DNA of 64,000 nt. Source: Phoronis australis. Lineage: Eukaryota > Animalia > Phoronida. Of the stretch, positions 37,629 to 52,600 are shown in pieces; position 1 is the stretch's first letter, and the number at the start of each line of letters is the position of its first letter. The notes under the pieces are model-generated. The model ran no database searches. It was not told where the DNA came from and saw only the letters and a list, made by a program, of their open reading frames with translations. The translations under genes were made by a program, and so were the position numbers. Where the stretch lies: NCBI GenBank assembly GCA_002633005.1, contig NMRA01000045.1, forward strand, positions 62,001-126,000, written 5' to 3'.

Positions 37629-40600
37629 GTATGATTTTGTATTCATCATGAATAGTTAAGTAAAGCTGTGTTACTCCCTGTTTAGCTGGCATTTTACTAT
37701 CAGAATGTCAGTTGCGTAGCATTTCTTACCGAGAAAGAATACTTGTTCTATTGCGAATAAAAACATCAAATTCATCAGCGACTCAAGAAAACGATCGAGT
37801 TTAACATTGTTGGCCAAACCTAAAATGGGACGTTTACTCCCTTTCACTTGAGTTCATTCAGCAAACGTCAAAGATCAGATGAGCATTTTAATGTTTTTAA
37901 GCTCCAAAACACGTCGCTAAAAGAATTTAACATCGTCAGCAAATTGGTCCGGTGAACTTGTGTCACGATCTAGCTTTGATGCTGCTTGTAGTTCTGTGTT
38001 TTTATGCCTTTTTCCCATCAACTGATTGAATATTTAGCCATTTATAAATTTTATGATCGTTTGCTGTTACCTGCATTACCTGTCAACTAGGTTTTAGTCA
38101 AAGCTTTTTTTAAATATTGTTTTTGCAATAAATTATTTAGTTTGACAACTTGTTTATGGTATCTCTCTGTTTTTAGGTAACAGTTTCCCATCAATTTATA
38201 AAGTTTTAAAAAGGTTGAAAGAAGTGCTGGGATCATTCTGCTAAATGTTTTAAGGCATCGTCAAAGCTTCGGCCATAAGATCAATTTATGTCAAAAGCAA
38301 ATCGCCCTAATTTCTGTGACTGTCTCTTTCATCATTGACACTTAAGCTGCTCTTGCTGTCTTGTTTCAGTGGGATGAAAGGCCAGACTTGAACCACTTCT
38401 ATAATGTCCAACAGGGTGTGCTCAAGTAAGTAAGGATTATCCAATCAACAGCATCACACATTATGTTTCAGTGCCCACAATGTCTCAACTTTGCATCAAA
38501 ATATTGCAGTTGGAGATGTAAGTATGAATGTCAGAAACAGTTAGAAAATTTAAGTACCACACTGTCGTCTTCTCTTTGTTCAAGGACATCTAACATTGTA
38601 GTGAATGCCAACAATTTTTTGAACTGTTGTCTTGTAATAGCTGTGGTACAAAATTTTGTGCTATATCTCGTGCATACAAAAGATGATTTAACTTGTCGGT
38701 CATATTGTGTCCTAAGTTGGGGTAATTTACTGTACCAACCTTCTGGGTGTGAATGTATTTGTTGTCATTACAACAATGTTGCATTAGACCATGGGTACAG
38801 TTACATGTTTATCGATTTTCTTAAGTGGTATTAAGGATGTTATGATAACCATGGTATTTACATAAGAAATGATAACCATGGTATTTACATAAGAAGTGAG
38901 CTGTTATCTTGTTAGCTTTGATGAATCCACTGGCTTACTGTACTGACTAGTGTGTAGAGCTACTAGTCCAGTCCCTGCCAAAAGTTATCAGACCAAATAC
39001 CTTTTCCAATAACCTGTCATGATGGTTGCTCTGATAGAATTCTGCGTGCGTCCAACCCTCATAATGGGAATTACGGTCATTTTATCTGGTTATATTTGGC
39101 GTGTACTGTATAAAATTGTGGACCACACAACTGCTGTCTGATACTTTTTCTGCGTTTTCTTCAAACCCGGGGTAGTCGGTTAGTTGTCCTTGCTCAAAAA
39201 CTTTATCTAAGCTGTTGTCACAATTAAATACCATTCTTATTCTTTAGGCTATGTTCTTTCCTCTTTAATCCACAGCTTTTTCTCAGAAATAACATTCTTT
39301 TCACATAAGCTGACAAGGACATGAAAATAGACGTCGGGAGATGTCTAACACTAGTAATTTGTGTTTCACTACTGTTTAAAAAAACTTTCATTGCATGAAT
39401 ACACGTATCATTATTAGTAAATTTGGTTATTTGTACGTTATTGTAACAAGTATCAAGATTATATTTGAGAGGTCTCTACTTAATGTAATCTTTGAAGATG
39501 TGATTGGTAACAAATGAATGAAGAATTTATTTGATAGTGCCGATTTCAATATCTTGTTATGATTCTAAAAAAATACTTGGAATTTTATTTAAGCATACAT
39601 ATGTCTGAAATGAAGTCCTTCATTGGTAGAGCTCCTGCTATGTATGCACACTGCTGTACTTTAAAACCCTTTGTCATTTCAATTTGTCATATGATAGTAA
39701 TAACTGTTCGTGGTAATTCATTCGATCATTTTACATACTGTGTAACGTGGTGTTGACAGCTCCTTATATTTTACAGGCTGTCTAACTCCACCAACGGACA
39801 TTCAAGTTATCTCACTCATAGCATGAGCGCCACCCTGTGGCCTTTTAAGTTACTAGAGCTACTCCACCACTCCAACCCTGAAGAAAGTCAAGAGCTTATA
39901 CTTAAGGTGAGAAATGATGACTTCCAGCCGAAAAAGCTAAATCAACTTATGGTACATTTTTCTGGTTTTGGTAGTTGAGTTATATTTTGAAGACCGTTAT
40001 CATTATGTAAATGTAATATGCTTTTTACAGAAATGTGTCCAACTGGTGGCATGCGGTGAACAATTGTTAACTTAACCAAAAATTGGGCAAAAAAATCCGT
40101 TTTTCTTTTTTCTCATAAGCAATACTGTACAACCTCAAAATTATTTCGAAATGTTTGACGATTGCTATTGCATGCCCTCCGTTTTTCAAGTTGTAATTCA
40201 CATTTGCTTACGACTTGTTCTATGCAGAAGCTATTTACTTTTGTTTTCAGGCGCGTGTGTTTAGAAAGTGGCACTATCAGGCACAGCTGTCCAAGAGTAA
40301 CAATGCTCGACAGGTCAAGCTAGAACAGAGGTAGGTATCTGGTGATGGGCTATTGAATTATAAGCATAAGCTTTATTGGATGTGTTCAAGTGTAGATTTC
40401 CATAGCAACTTAAGATAATTATAGGGTAAAAATGATAAAGCCTCAGTTTTGTAAAGATTCTTGCTCACTTACGGTATTGGCATGGCATGTTGTGAGACAG
40501 CGCGTTACAAGTCTGTCGAGTGGTATGTTCGATGGCATTCCGTCTATCAAGCTCAAGACTTGAGACTACAAAGGAGTTTTCTTCATTGCATCCCAGCAGA

Positions 40601-43600
40601 ACCTTTTAAAACTGCTTTCTGCGGTGCATTTATGAAGTGAAGCTGGTGTTTATTATGAACTAATTTGTAGGTGAAGGAGGGTTAGATTTTTGATCGCAGC
40701 AAATAAAATTTTAACTCGTTCATTTTATTGTTTGTTGATTTGAAGAATCACCTTTTGTAGGAGCTTATCCACAAGATGCTGCATTCAGCCAAATAACTTG
40801 ACAACATTATGAATTTTAACTTATAGTTAAAGCATTTTACGTTTTCGGAAAGTAGCAAACTGTTTATTTTCAGGAAGTAGACAGGCAACAGAATTTTATT
40901 TTTGACTTCATACTAATCTGCGTTGATTGGGTAACATGGCCGTATCTTTTTAATAAAATATAGCAAAAAGGTATAGCTAAACAATGGCATTAATAACATT
41001 TCATAGAAATTTCTGGATAAAACCTCAAGTTACAGTTTTCTTAATAATCATTTCATTTCATGGAACTTTTGAGTTGTTTCATAAAAATCATGAAAGTCCT
41101 ATTTTTGAAGCCCTTCTTACAAAATTAGAAGTTTTAAGAACAATTCCCAATATTGTTTTTGAGAACACTAAGTAAAGTATAGTATCGGGAAGTTTAATAT
41201 GGATCCAGTCAACCATTTCTGAGAATCCAATCAACCATTTCTGAGATACAATGCTCCGAAGTTAGTCTCATTTATAGATTGTCTACAGTAATACATAACT
41301 TTAACTTGTTCATATTCAAAATATGTCATGACTCATCACACATATATTACCTACCAGAGCTGTCCATCATCGCCACTTGTCTTTGCTGTTCAAATACTGG
41401 AAACACTGGAGAACTCGAGCTGACAATGGGCACAAGTCTGTGATGGCCGATCAAGTCTATCAGCGCCAGCTTCTGCGTAAAGGACTGCATGGGCTGATGT
41501 GGGCGCGAGCTCGCACACAACACCTCATTGATCAAGTTCACACTATTAGTCGCACTTCAACGTTGCGTGGCTTCTTTTTATTTGTGAGTCTTTTTCATTT
41601 GTCGCAGTCTGTAAATTTTGAAGTTTGTGTGAATGAGGCTGTGGTTTTTGGCATTTTTGGGCTGTTAAGAGGAACAATAGAATATGTGCACTTTTTAATT
41701 ATTTTTCCATCTCTAATTGTGATTCCAGTAACACAATCTTAATAAGCCAACCATGAGGGCTGACGTTTCTCTGTGACTTCCAATCATTTTCATTTTTCAT
41801 AATATGCTAAGGACTCAAGTTGTTATGGAATTCATGATGAGGTCCCCTTGTATTACTTGCTCAGAAGAAGTCAAACACCTGCAGACATTGTAGTGATCAT
41901 GCTGTTTCTTTCAACTTTCTGTATTTTCAGTGGAAGATAAAGACCGAAAAGCGTCAGCAGCATTTATTGTTTGTGTCGTTCAGAAGGTGGCAGCACTTTA
42001 AACTTCAGTCAGAAAGGTCTGTTATAGTTTGATATGAAATGTTTTGAAATGTACTGAAGAAGTGGTTTGATGCCTGTTAAACTGTTGATCTTGTGGGGAC
42101 AAGTATTGGTGATGTTTAATAAATAAAAACAATAATAATTGTGTTTTATACTCATGCCCAAGGCTTGTCATTCTTCAAATATTCTTTGATAGTGGTCAAT
42201 TTTCCTGCCAAAACATTCACATTTAAGCACTTGATTGTTTTTATTCGAAGATGCTTTTGGGCAATTCTTCCGGTGGATTACAAAATGTTTTGGTTAAGTG
42301 CTGTTTTCAAAGTCAGTTGGAAAACTGAACCTATTTGGCTTGCTCACTGACTTCACATAGCCATGCATTGATTACTTTTGTGGGATGCTCATGCATTCGA
42401 TACTTGGTTCATTGTAATCTCAGTGGTTTGAGCTCCATCCTTGCACTTGGAAGACGCCACCCTGGCAATACTGGCAGACCATTTGGGGGATTTCATCTAT
42501 GACGCTTTTGTCATTTTTCAAATGCATTGTGGGATGATTGTTGTTTTGTAAGCATCCACTGACATCACAGATAACTTGCAGATGTGTAACGTACATTTGA
42601 GGTGTTCATATCGGATGATGCTTGCCTCGAGGAGGTTTCGTGTGAAAGGCAATGTATTTATTTATAAGCTCCATTTACTATTTTACTTTTCTATGATGGC
42701 TGCTCTGTGGTACTTGCACCAGAACGCATGTTGCAGAGTGGACTGTGCATGCTGTTGTTTTCTGTCACAGTGTTTATACGTCACCAAGTTATCAGTGATG
42801 TCATTGGATAGTTACAAACCAACAACCACTGGCATCATTGATGAAATCTTCCAAACTAAGCATTGCACACCAGTCTCCTAAATCCTCTGGGATTGGTCTT
42901 AGTAGTGAATGATTAAATTAGAGGTAACATTGATATAATGCTGAGACAGTTATGTTACTTACCTTGCAGGAAGCGTATGTTGTCAACACTGTCTCGTCGA
43001 CATGTGATGTCCAAGTGGTTTGGATTGTGGAAGGAACGCCACCAAGCTTGTCAACAGGAAGACATTGCAATTTTGCATTACAAGTATGATCTTGTGTTCT
43101 CAAGATGAAAAAACAAGAAGTAGTCCGCTGGAAATGTTAGATGTCTTTGTGGTGCTGAAAAGTTGAAGGGCAATGTTGCTTGTTTGATTTCCACTTTGCT
43201 TTAATGGTTTAAAGGTGCAATCAATTTGCCATCTGTCAAAAAGCTTTTTCAGAAGTGATTTCTTAACTTGTGAACATGAGAACCATTCTAGTCAAGTTAA
43301 GGCATTGAGTCTTGTCTATATCAGTTCTTTCCAAGCCCCAAAACCACTTCTAATCTCACTAAGGAGTAAATTTGAGTCCAATTTTATAAGGGCTGTTCCA
43401 GCAAAATCTGTATGGGAGGGGGGGAAGGCACTTTTATTTCGTACCCACCGTCCATATTTTTCATTTATTTCTCCAACCCATGACCCATAATTTTCTTAAT
43501 TATTTTTAATTAAAATACAAAATCCAACACTTGCAAACAAATTGCCTCCAGGAGGACCTGTTAAGAACTTAGATGATTGACAGACAAGAACTAGTTGTCT

Positions 43601-46600
43601 TGTCCAATATTGTCACAAACTAAAATAGCCTGTGAGCAATACTTTTGGCAGCCACCAGGTGTCTCTGTTCACCATGTGTCTATAATTTCAATGAACATTT
43701 TTTCAATTATAAGGATCTATGAATCTCAAACTGTCTCCACGAACTCTTTTATACTTCTATGTCAAGTGAATATTAGAACTTGTTTATCTTACTCCTTATA
43801 CTTTTTATTTAAAAATCTTCAATTTTCTTATATCTGTTAACACCAGTTTAGTGTTGCATAACTTTTCAATTCAATAGGACTGCAGACAAAAAGTTGGCTG
43901 AAATCAAGGTGCCCATGACTTGATTAATGGCTTAGTGAACATATTGCACTTTGTTCACTGGCAATGTGGGCTTTTTTGTATTGGAATAAGGTAGGATATA
44001 TGACAATTGCATTTTTTTGAGTTTTGACGGCTGAAGTAACCAACCTGTCAACGTTAACAGGTCAAAAAATACCACCCATTTTTAATGCGTGACTTCTTAC
44101 AGGAAGGACCACTCATAATTTGTGTTTTTCCGAAGACCACCAGCCATGAATTTTTATTTCTACTGCCGTCCNCCCCCCCCCCTCCCACACGGATTTTACT
44201 GGAACAGCCCTAACAACCAGTCAGTCAAGCTAGTTTTTAAGAAAAGAATGTCGGATTATACTACATTTGAAGACTAGTGTTTTCTTGCCATCGGACTCCA
44301 TAATGGCTGACAAACCTTGAATATGAAATCCAGGTTACCTTGTCCTTTGTCCAGTGTGCAAAATACATAAGAAATTTAATGGACATTCAGTCACGTGACA
44401 ATGAGCATAATGCCTTTGTGTGTTATGCACTGCGCCACCTTGTGGTGTCATGTTACACTTTGATCTTGTTACATTGAGCTTGTTTCAAGAAGACACTGAT
44501 CAAAAAATTCATGCACCCAAGGTTTTGGCATTAGACTAAAACTTCTGTGGACTCGAGTATGTTGGACCCAGTGTCAAAAAATGAATAAACGCTCAACATA
44601 TGAGAAAACCACACTGCAAACCTGCATTCCACTACAAAAACTAGCTTTTTACTTACACGCCCAATGTTATGAAATGGATTAAAATTCTTCCTGAGCCAAA
44701 TTAAAGGTGGTTTCTGGCTTGGAAAAGGCTGAGAGATTATTACACCTTGAGATCAGGCTACGCAAGTTGGCTTGTCATGCCGGTTGTTGTTAATGCTTCA
44801 CGCATGGTCAGAAGCATTAACAAATTGCAAACCCAGGTATCACTTCTCATCAGAGTAAGGAATACGTTGATAGTGGTAAATGGCCAGTATTACGGAGCTC
44901 AGGTTTATAGCTCTTTCACACAATAACAGCCTGAGCGTGTTTTGCCTGCCCATTTGAACTGTGGCTGTTCTTCATCATCAGTTTTATTTTTCTGATGGGC
45001 CCGATTGTACTAGGAGCTGGCACAAGTCACCATAAAATTCCACCACACGTCCAAAAACCCTTCCAAATCCAAATTCTGTTTGACTAAATTGTTATCAGTA
45101 GTTGTTGTGCTGCAGAAGGTTCTTTGTAGAGTGGTGTTGAATCATGTGACTATTGGATTTCAGAGTGAGTGTGCTGACTAAACTGTGGCAAGCGTGGCGT
45201 CTCTACACACGCCAGTCTGCTGTGTTCGCCAAGGAAAAGGAAGTAGCTGTGTAAGTGTGCCAAGTGAAAAATTATTCGGGGGTGGAGGGTTTGTGTTGAT
45301 AAGTATTACTGAGTCTCAATTTCTGTTTGTATTGATTGTTTTTTTAAAATTTTTCTTGTGGTTCTAGTGGTTAAGTACTTTCGGTTATTGAACAGTGATT
45401 TAGATGAAGGAATTTTCTTTAAGAAGTCATTTTTATAAATGGAAACACCTCTGCTCAGATATACATTCACAGACGTGCCTCATGGTTTTGTAAAAGTCAA
45501 GTTGTTTTCAAAGACTTTGTATTTTACTCCTGCCTTCCGTCTCTATTGTTTTTATTAACATTAAGTTTTCACCAATTATGTCTTTTCTGTGCTGATTCGT
45601 CCAGATAATTTGACTGTAAATGTTCGTATATCACAGAGTCCACTATGAACATGTTATCCAAAGGCGAGCTCTACTACGTATGAAGGAGATGTATATTAAA
45701 TACCAATGTGCCAAAATATTCTGGAGGTAAGCTTAACACAGAAATAATAAGGAACTCTAGCTCAGACATCCACTGAGGCTTGTCAAATCTCCTAGTCATG
45801 ATCATAGGGCCTCATCTTGACTTCTATTTTAAGTTTGCCCTTAAAATTTCATCTAAGTGCATTATGTAGCATTTCACTATTTACGTCAAATGTTCTTGGC
45901 CAGGTGATTAAAGCTCTATTATTCTATCATAGAACCAGCCTTTTCCAGCCTTTGGCACATTATTTTGTGATCCTGTTCAACAGTGATGCTAATGTTTACT
46001 TTTTGTAAATTAAACAGGCAAATTAAGTTGCTGTTACGAGTGCTGGAAGTTACATCCCTAAAGACTATCCATGATCAAGCATTCTAGATGAGATTTATTA
46101 AGCTTCAAGTAGTGTCCAGTTGGCTAACAATAATAAGAAATGTTCAGGCTTGGGTAGCATGAGACAGTTACACTCATGTCTGCTAAAATTGCTCATCACT
46201 GCAGCTTTGTTTTGTAGACGGAATGAGTTAAAGAGAGCGTTTAAACTATGGCAGCAGGAGACGGCCATGTTGAAAGTTGAGCACATGCATGAGGTCCAGC
46301 GGAGCAATGCTATTTACAGTAGGACAGTGCTACAGTCAACGTTCAGGAGATGGAGGATGACATATAGTGAACATCATTACTGTAGACTGAGGGATGCTAG
46401 GATGTGTAGGTGAGTGATGTTTGTGGAGGGTGTAGTGATCTAATTGTGACAGTCGGTTTCAGTTGCGTTTTGTCATATTTGGGTGACTGTAAACATGTCG
46501 ACTTTTCACTGAAGGAGATGCGCATTCCAATATAATAGTCCGTGTGTGAAAAATTGAAGACATTTGCATTAGCAAGTCAATGGGTAAAAGCTCATCCCCA

Positions 46601-49600
46601 ACTTCTTAAAAATATAGTTTCTAAACGCTATGCTTGACCTATCCTCCACCTCCTTTACTGAATTTCCCAAGTTATTAGTGCCCTGGGTACTACCGAGACG
46701 AGTGCGGTATATGCTGTGAAGCTCTTAAATATCATATGACTGGAACTTGTGTGGAAAATGAAAAATTGTGTTAAAAACTCAATGGAATTGTTCTCAAAAT
46801 GGATAAAAGTTTCTGAGTTTGTAATACTAATGGAAAATTGATGCAATCAATTGGGCACAAGTGGCAGTAATCTCTAACAAAATTTACTGTGACAGTCTAC
46901 TTTTTGTGAATAAATTGACTGAAAGAAATTGATAATGAAGTCCTGGGCTGCATCCCGGAAAAACAAGAAACTTGGAAAAAGTGCAAGATAATGCAAATTT
47001 CCACAAAATATTTCTATGCATTAAGAACGAAGAGCGAAAGTCTTATTTCTGCAGAACATAGCACAGGAAAATCTTGGAAAATAGTAAATGCACCCAGTGG
47101 GAAACGTGCAGTTCTAAATATCGTTTCTCATTTTAGTCGTGTGTTGGAGATCTGGAGTTTACGATACCGGCGAAATGTGTTAAGACGTGCCATGAAGCAG
47201 GCCAGACATGAGAGACAAACCAAGTACACCATGTTCATTACTTGGTTACAAATCACTAGACTGGCGAAGGAGGCTAGGCATTCTGCCACAGCACTCCTGG
47301 AGAGGGCGCTACTCAGGGGAGTGGTTCACAGCTGGAAGGAGTTCACTCAGTATAAAATTCAGTTGGGTATACGACAACAGCAGCATATGATTAGGAGCAG
47401 TCAACAGAGCAAGAAGTACTTCTTTAAGGTAAACTTGGGTGTCACACTGTTCAAACTTTTGTGAAATTCAACTGGTGGTACAAAGATTGTTTACGTGTGG
47501 ATATGATGTACGAGTAATCAACTGTTAAAATTCTAGTTCTCGAGTACCGAATTCCATAATTTAAAATTTATCGACATAATACTGATAACAAAAGGTGTGA
47601 CATTTTCTTCGTCCTTGGAAAATTCAGCTAATACATATAGGGTGTCTAAAACTATTATAAACTTTGTAACCTCATACTTGTTTTGAAAGTGTGGGTGTGT
47701 CTCGTGGTAGATTCTTGGTGACATCCTCGATGGGTAAAAACTTTGTCCTTGCAATTATAGTATGTTTGTCCAAGTTTGTCAGTGTAGAATGCTGTTCAGC
47801 GAATGTCCTGTTACGCGATCACATGATACAAGCTAATACCTATTAATTTATTTTCATTCCCACATGTCTGAAGTATCTAGTACCACTAAAATATTGTATC
47901 GATAGTAAATTATCAGTAGCTAATTTTCAAAGTAGCCGCGCCATGTTGAAATTCACTATCCTACCAGACGGCATTTAGATCTTTGGTGAACAGCGTTCAG
48001 CGCCACCTACAGATCCCATGCAACGCGTACGAGAGGTTTCAACCTTGTTGTATAAACAGCATTTTAAGACCTTTCTTGCTCTCGTGTCACTGATGTGTGA
48101 TGGAGTGTACTAATGGCTCATGGAAAAAGGAAAACCTCATGAAATATCCATGGATAAAGGACATCGTGTTCCATACTTTTCCCTCTGCAAAAAAGAATCT
48201 GCTGTTGCGAAGTCAGTAGCTGCAACTGATAAAACATGAGAATTCCAACTATCACCTGATGTCACAAAGCTAAAATAAATTTGTTAATGTTATGTAATCA
48301 AACAATGGGAAGGACTGAGATGGATTTTATTACTCTGTTCATTAATGGACGACTATTTAGTAATTGAGTTTCTGTCCGACAACTATGCGTAATCCGCTTT
48401 GGCGCTCTCATTACTCTAGAAAGTGCCAATATGAAAACTCAGCTGTTCTGGGATTGTTGTGTACATGTCTTAATGGTGTGCAGCCTGATCGGTATATTTT
48501 CTCTTATTGACTTTTACAGGTGTGGCTGTATCAGCTGAGGAGACTGTCGAACTTAAGGGAAGGGAAACGTCTGTGGTCATTGCGATGTGTCAGGTAGGAT
48601 GGTGTAAAGATATCAATGCATAATGAAAGGTTTATGCAGACGCATAGTACGCCTACTTCAAATTGACCCTTCCTGTGTATAACAAGACATTGCGAATGTG
48701 CAGACATATGTCCAGCTTGTTGATTTGTTGCTGTTAGTGTTGTACTGCTCTGTGTAACAGTAACACTTTGATGCCATTAAAACGATGAAAGTAATAGTTT
48801 GGAATGGAGTAGTGACTAGCACAGCAACACTGAACGACAAGGTCTTTACAGATGAGAGGTGTGGGTTGTTAGTTGAAACAAAGGAGCTGAAGTTATTAGT
48901 TTGATGACAAAATGCATTGGTAAGTATGAAGGGAAAGTTAACTCTCTATAGTTAGTGCCAGCTATTAACACTAGGTATCACTTTTCTGCAGGAATGCCGT
49001 CGACTGCTGGAGGGAGGCTGTGCGTCTGAAGAAGCTAGACATGTTGTTAGAATCTCACCAACCCAGGGCACGTTACTTTACAGTGTTAGGTAACTGCAGT
49101 ACATAACAAAAGTTTTCAGACAAAATGACCCGGAATACCGTCATGACAACTGGGCAGGATTTCCCTCATGACTGAGAATAAATTCAGTAACAGAACAATA
49201 ATTATTAATTTGCCCTTGTAGTAGTGACTACCAGTCGTTTTTGCTGTTAACCAGAATTGCCCGTCATGACAGTAAAGTGGTCTTTTGTCTGGTTACTCGG
49301 AATTTGTCTTGTATTGTACATAACAGAGGAGCTCAAATTTGGTTGAAGATATCAAGGTTCCGCAGGACTAAAATGTGTGTGACCTTGAAATACACTGTGT
49401 GTGACCTTGAAATACACTGGAGAGAGACGTTACAAAAGTACAGATAAAAAGATTGTGTCCCTGTGATGAGTACAAATGCATTGTGGTATTGCCACCTGTC
49501 ACACTTAAGTTTCACAAAAACTCGCTTAACTTAAGTTTGAACTCCAGCTAGCGGTATTAGGATTTTTCAATAATAAGATTTTGACAATATTCAAAACTTT

Positions 49601-52600
49601 AATTGAAACTTAAAGTCATAATCCAAATATTTTTTTTATTTATTGTGTTGTATTGTCAGGGGGAAGTACTGAATTATCATGATGGGAAAAAAATTAGATG
49701 GGAGACACTTGTGACCTTATTTTGATTTAATTTGTTTTTAGGGTCTAGCACTATCTATTACTGATGACTTACCAGACAGTTCAAAATGTCAGAAGTATTA
49801 CAAGTAACACTCTGGCTTAAATTTCATGTAATCTATAAAATGTTTTAGTGGCATGGAAGACCTGGGTGCATTCAAAGCACCGAGCTGACTGGGACCGTGA
49901 GAAGGCAGTTGGTTTCCAGCGGTCCCAGGAGTTCAAGGAGACTCGTCTGATATTCTACCGGTGGAGATTACAGTCTCAGCAGTCTTTGCTAGCTGCACCA
50001 CTCAGGAATAAAACACGACGCCGCAATCTCGGCAGGTCAGTATGCATCCATATTTTGGTTGATAGTAATTCATGTCAGAATGATGATAATTGATCATCTT
50101 TGGTTGCATCATGCATGGAAAACCTCTTGATCTTTTATTTTTATGCGCCCACATATTTATATGTGGACGCATTATGCTGTCATCTGCGTCCATCCTTCCG
50201 GGCGGCATCCGTCTGGCATCCGCTGCTCTATCGCCAAAACTAATTGATGTATGAAATTTTGCACATGTGTTTCTTTTATAGATGGGACGGTGTGAGCGAA
50301 CTTTCTGACGGATCCGACTAGCGGTGTGCTCCCTAGTAGCAATTTTAGTTTTTTATGTTTACTTCTGTATCTTCAAAGGTCCTTTGCGTATTTTCATAAA
50401 ATTTGGTATGTAGGCATCTACCAGTGAGAGGATGGTATCCTCTCGTTTTCGGATGGATTCGACGTAGTTTGTGCCACCTAGTGGCCAATTTTACTATTTT
50501 CGTGTCTGTTTTTTGACGTCCACCCCTCTATCAACCAAACGGCTTTAAGCATAATTGTGAAATTTGGCATGTGTGTTTTTACTATGAAGAGGACAGTTGA
50601 CGATGATTTTTCGACGACTTCGACTACTGTGGCACCTCCTAGTGGCAGTTTTTTTGTGCCAATGGCTATATCTCCTAAACCGTTTGCAGCATTTTTACTA
50701 AATTTAGTAAGTGCATTTATGTGATGATGACAATGGACGACAACGACTTTCGGACAGATCTGACAACTGGTGTGCCACGTAGGGCCGATTTTATTTTTTT
50801 ACGTTTACCTCTGTATCTTCAAAGGTCCTCAACGTATTTTCATAAAATTTGGCGTAGAGGCTTCTGTTAGTGTGGTGACGCTATATTTCTGTTTTCAAAT
50901 GAATTCGACCTAGTTTGCGCCACCTAGTGGCCATTTTTACTGTTTTCGAGTCTTTTTTTTTGGCGTCCACCACATTATCAACCAAACCGCTTTCACGATA
51001 ATTGTGAAAATTGGCTTGTATGTTTTAACTATGAAGTGGATGGCTGAGAATGATTTTCCGATGACTTCGACTACTGCGGCGCCTCCTAGTGGCAGTTTCT
51101 TTTTTTTGTGCCCATGGCTGTATCTCCTAAATCATTTGCAGGATCTTTACTAAATTTAAGAAGTGTGTTTATATGATGTTGACAACGGACGACAATGATT
51201 TTGGGATGGGTCTGACTACTGGTGTGCCCCCTGGTGGCAATTTTAGTTTACGATTACGTCTGTATCTTCAAAGGTCCTCAACAGATTTTTATAAAATTTT
51301 ATATACAGGCATCTATTGGTGAGATGACGCTATCCTCCCATTTTCGAGTGGAATCAAGGTACTTTGTGTCTGCCAGTGGCCTTTTTTGCTGTTTTTGAGT
51401 CTGTTTTTTGGCGTCTACCTCTCTATCAACCAAATCATTCTAAGGATGGTTTTGAAAATTGGCGTATATGTGCTCAGTGTGAAGAGGACGGTTGATGATG
51501 ATGACTTTGACTACTCTGGCACCACCTAGTGGTAGTTTTGTTTTGTTTTGCACCCATAGTTGTATCTCCTAAACCCACTGCAGGATCCTTATTAAATTTA
51601 GTAAGTGTATTTTATACGAAGATAACAACAGACAATGACGACTTTCAGGCGGATCCAATGAACACTGTGCCCCCAGGTGGCAATTTCATTTCATTCTGTT
51701 TTCCTTCGTTTCTCTGAAATTTCGTGACGGGATTTCTATGAAATTTGGTGTATCACTTTCTATTAAAGACGCAATGACATGTTCCCGTTTTCGGATGGAT
51801 TGTATGTTTTTGCGACATCTAGTGGCCATTTTTATGACACAAATAAGCAACCCTAAAAGCACACCATTTGGGATGCATTCGTGGGCGCATTTCAACGCTC
51901 CGCGTTGCTTTTGTTTATACATTTATTGCCCAGTCAATGAATATGGAAAGACTAGTCTGAGGTTGGACACCTCAGATCTAGCCTGTACGAAACAATAAAA
52001 CAATAAGTATTCAATAAACAAGGATCAAATGAAATGTAAATAAAATGTAAATTAACAGGAAAAAGGTATGGGGGATGGACTTTCATGCACGTTTAATACA
52101 CACATTCAAGCAGTGCTTAAATGGTGAAAAAGCTATAATTAAGAGGTTGATATGTTATGTAAATATTAATGTAGGTATCAAACATATTAGAATATAAAAA
52201 TAAACTGATACGAAAATTCTTTTCTAGTGCATAACATTGTGTAGCAATAATATGTACTAATTAATATCTAAATGTCAGTGTACATTAATTCTACTAACTA
52301 AAGACTTGCATGCAGACCTCTCCATTTATCCACATTGTGATCCTTTATCATTGTTCATTTATAAGAAATCACAGAAATTATGCTTTGCATGATAATTTAT
52401 ATCAACCATTAAATTTTTGCTTTCAACTTTTTTTTATGGTATTCATTTTATTCATAGAAGTTGTTGGTAGAAAAATTCGTGTGAAAATCTTTTATGATAC
52501 TTTATAATCAGCCAAAATTGCATGAATACAGTGAACCGAGATGTTTATCTGGAACTTGAAATGGGGACTAACTTCAAAATGTGGTCTCATTTATAGCAGT

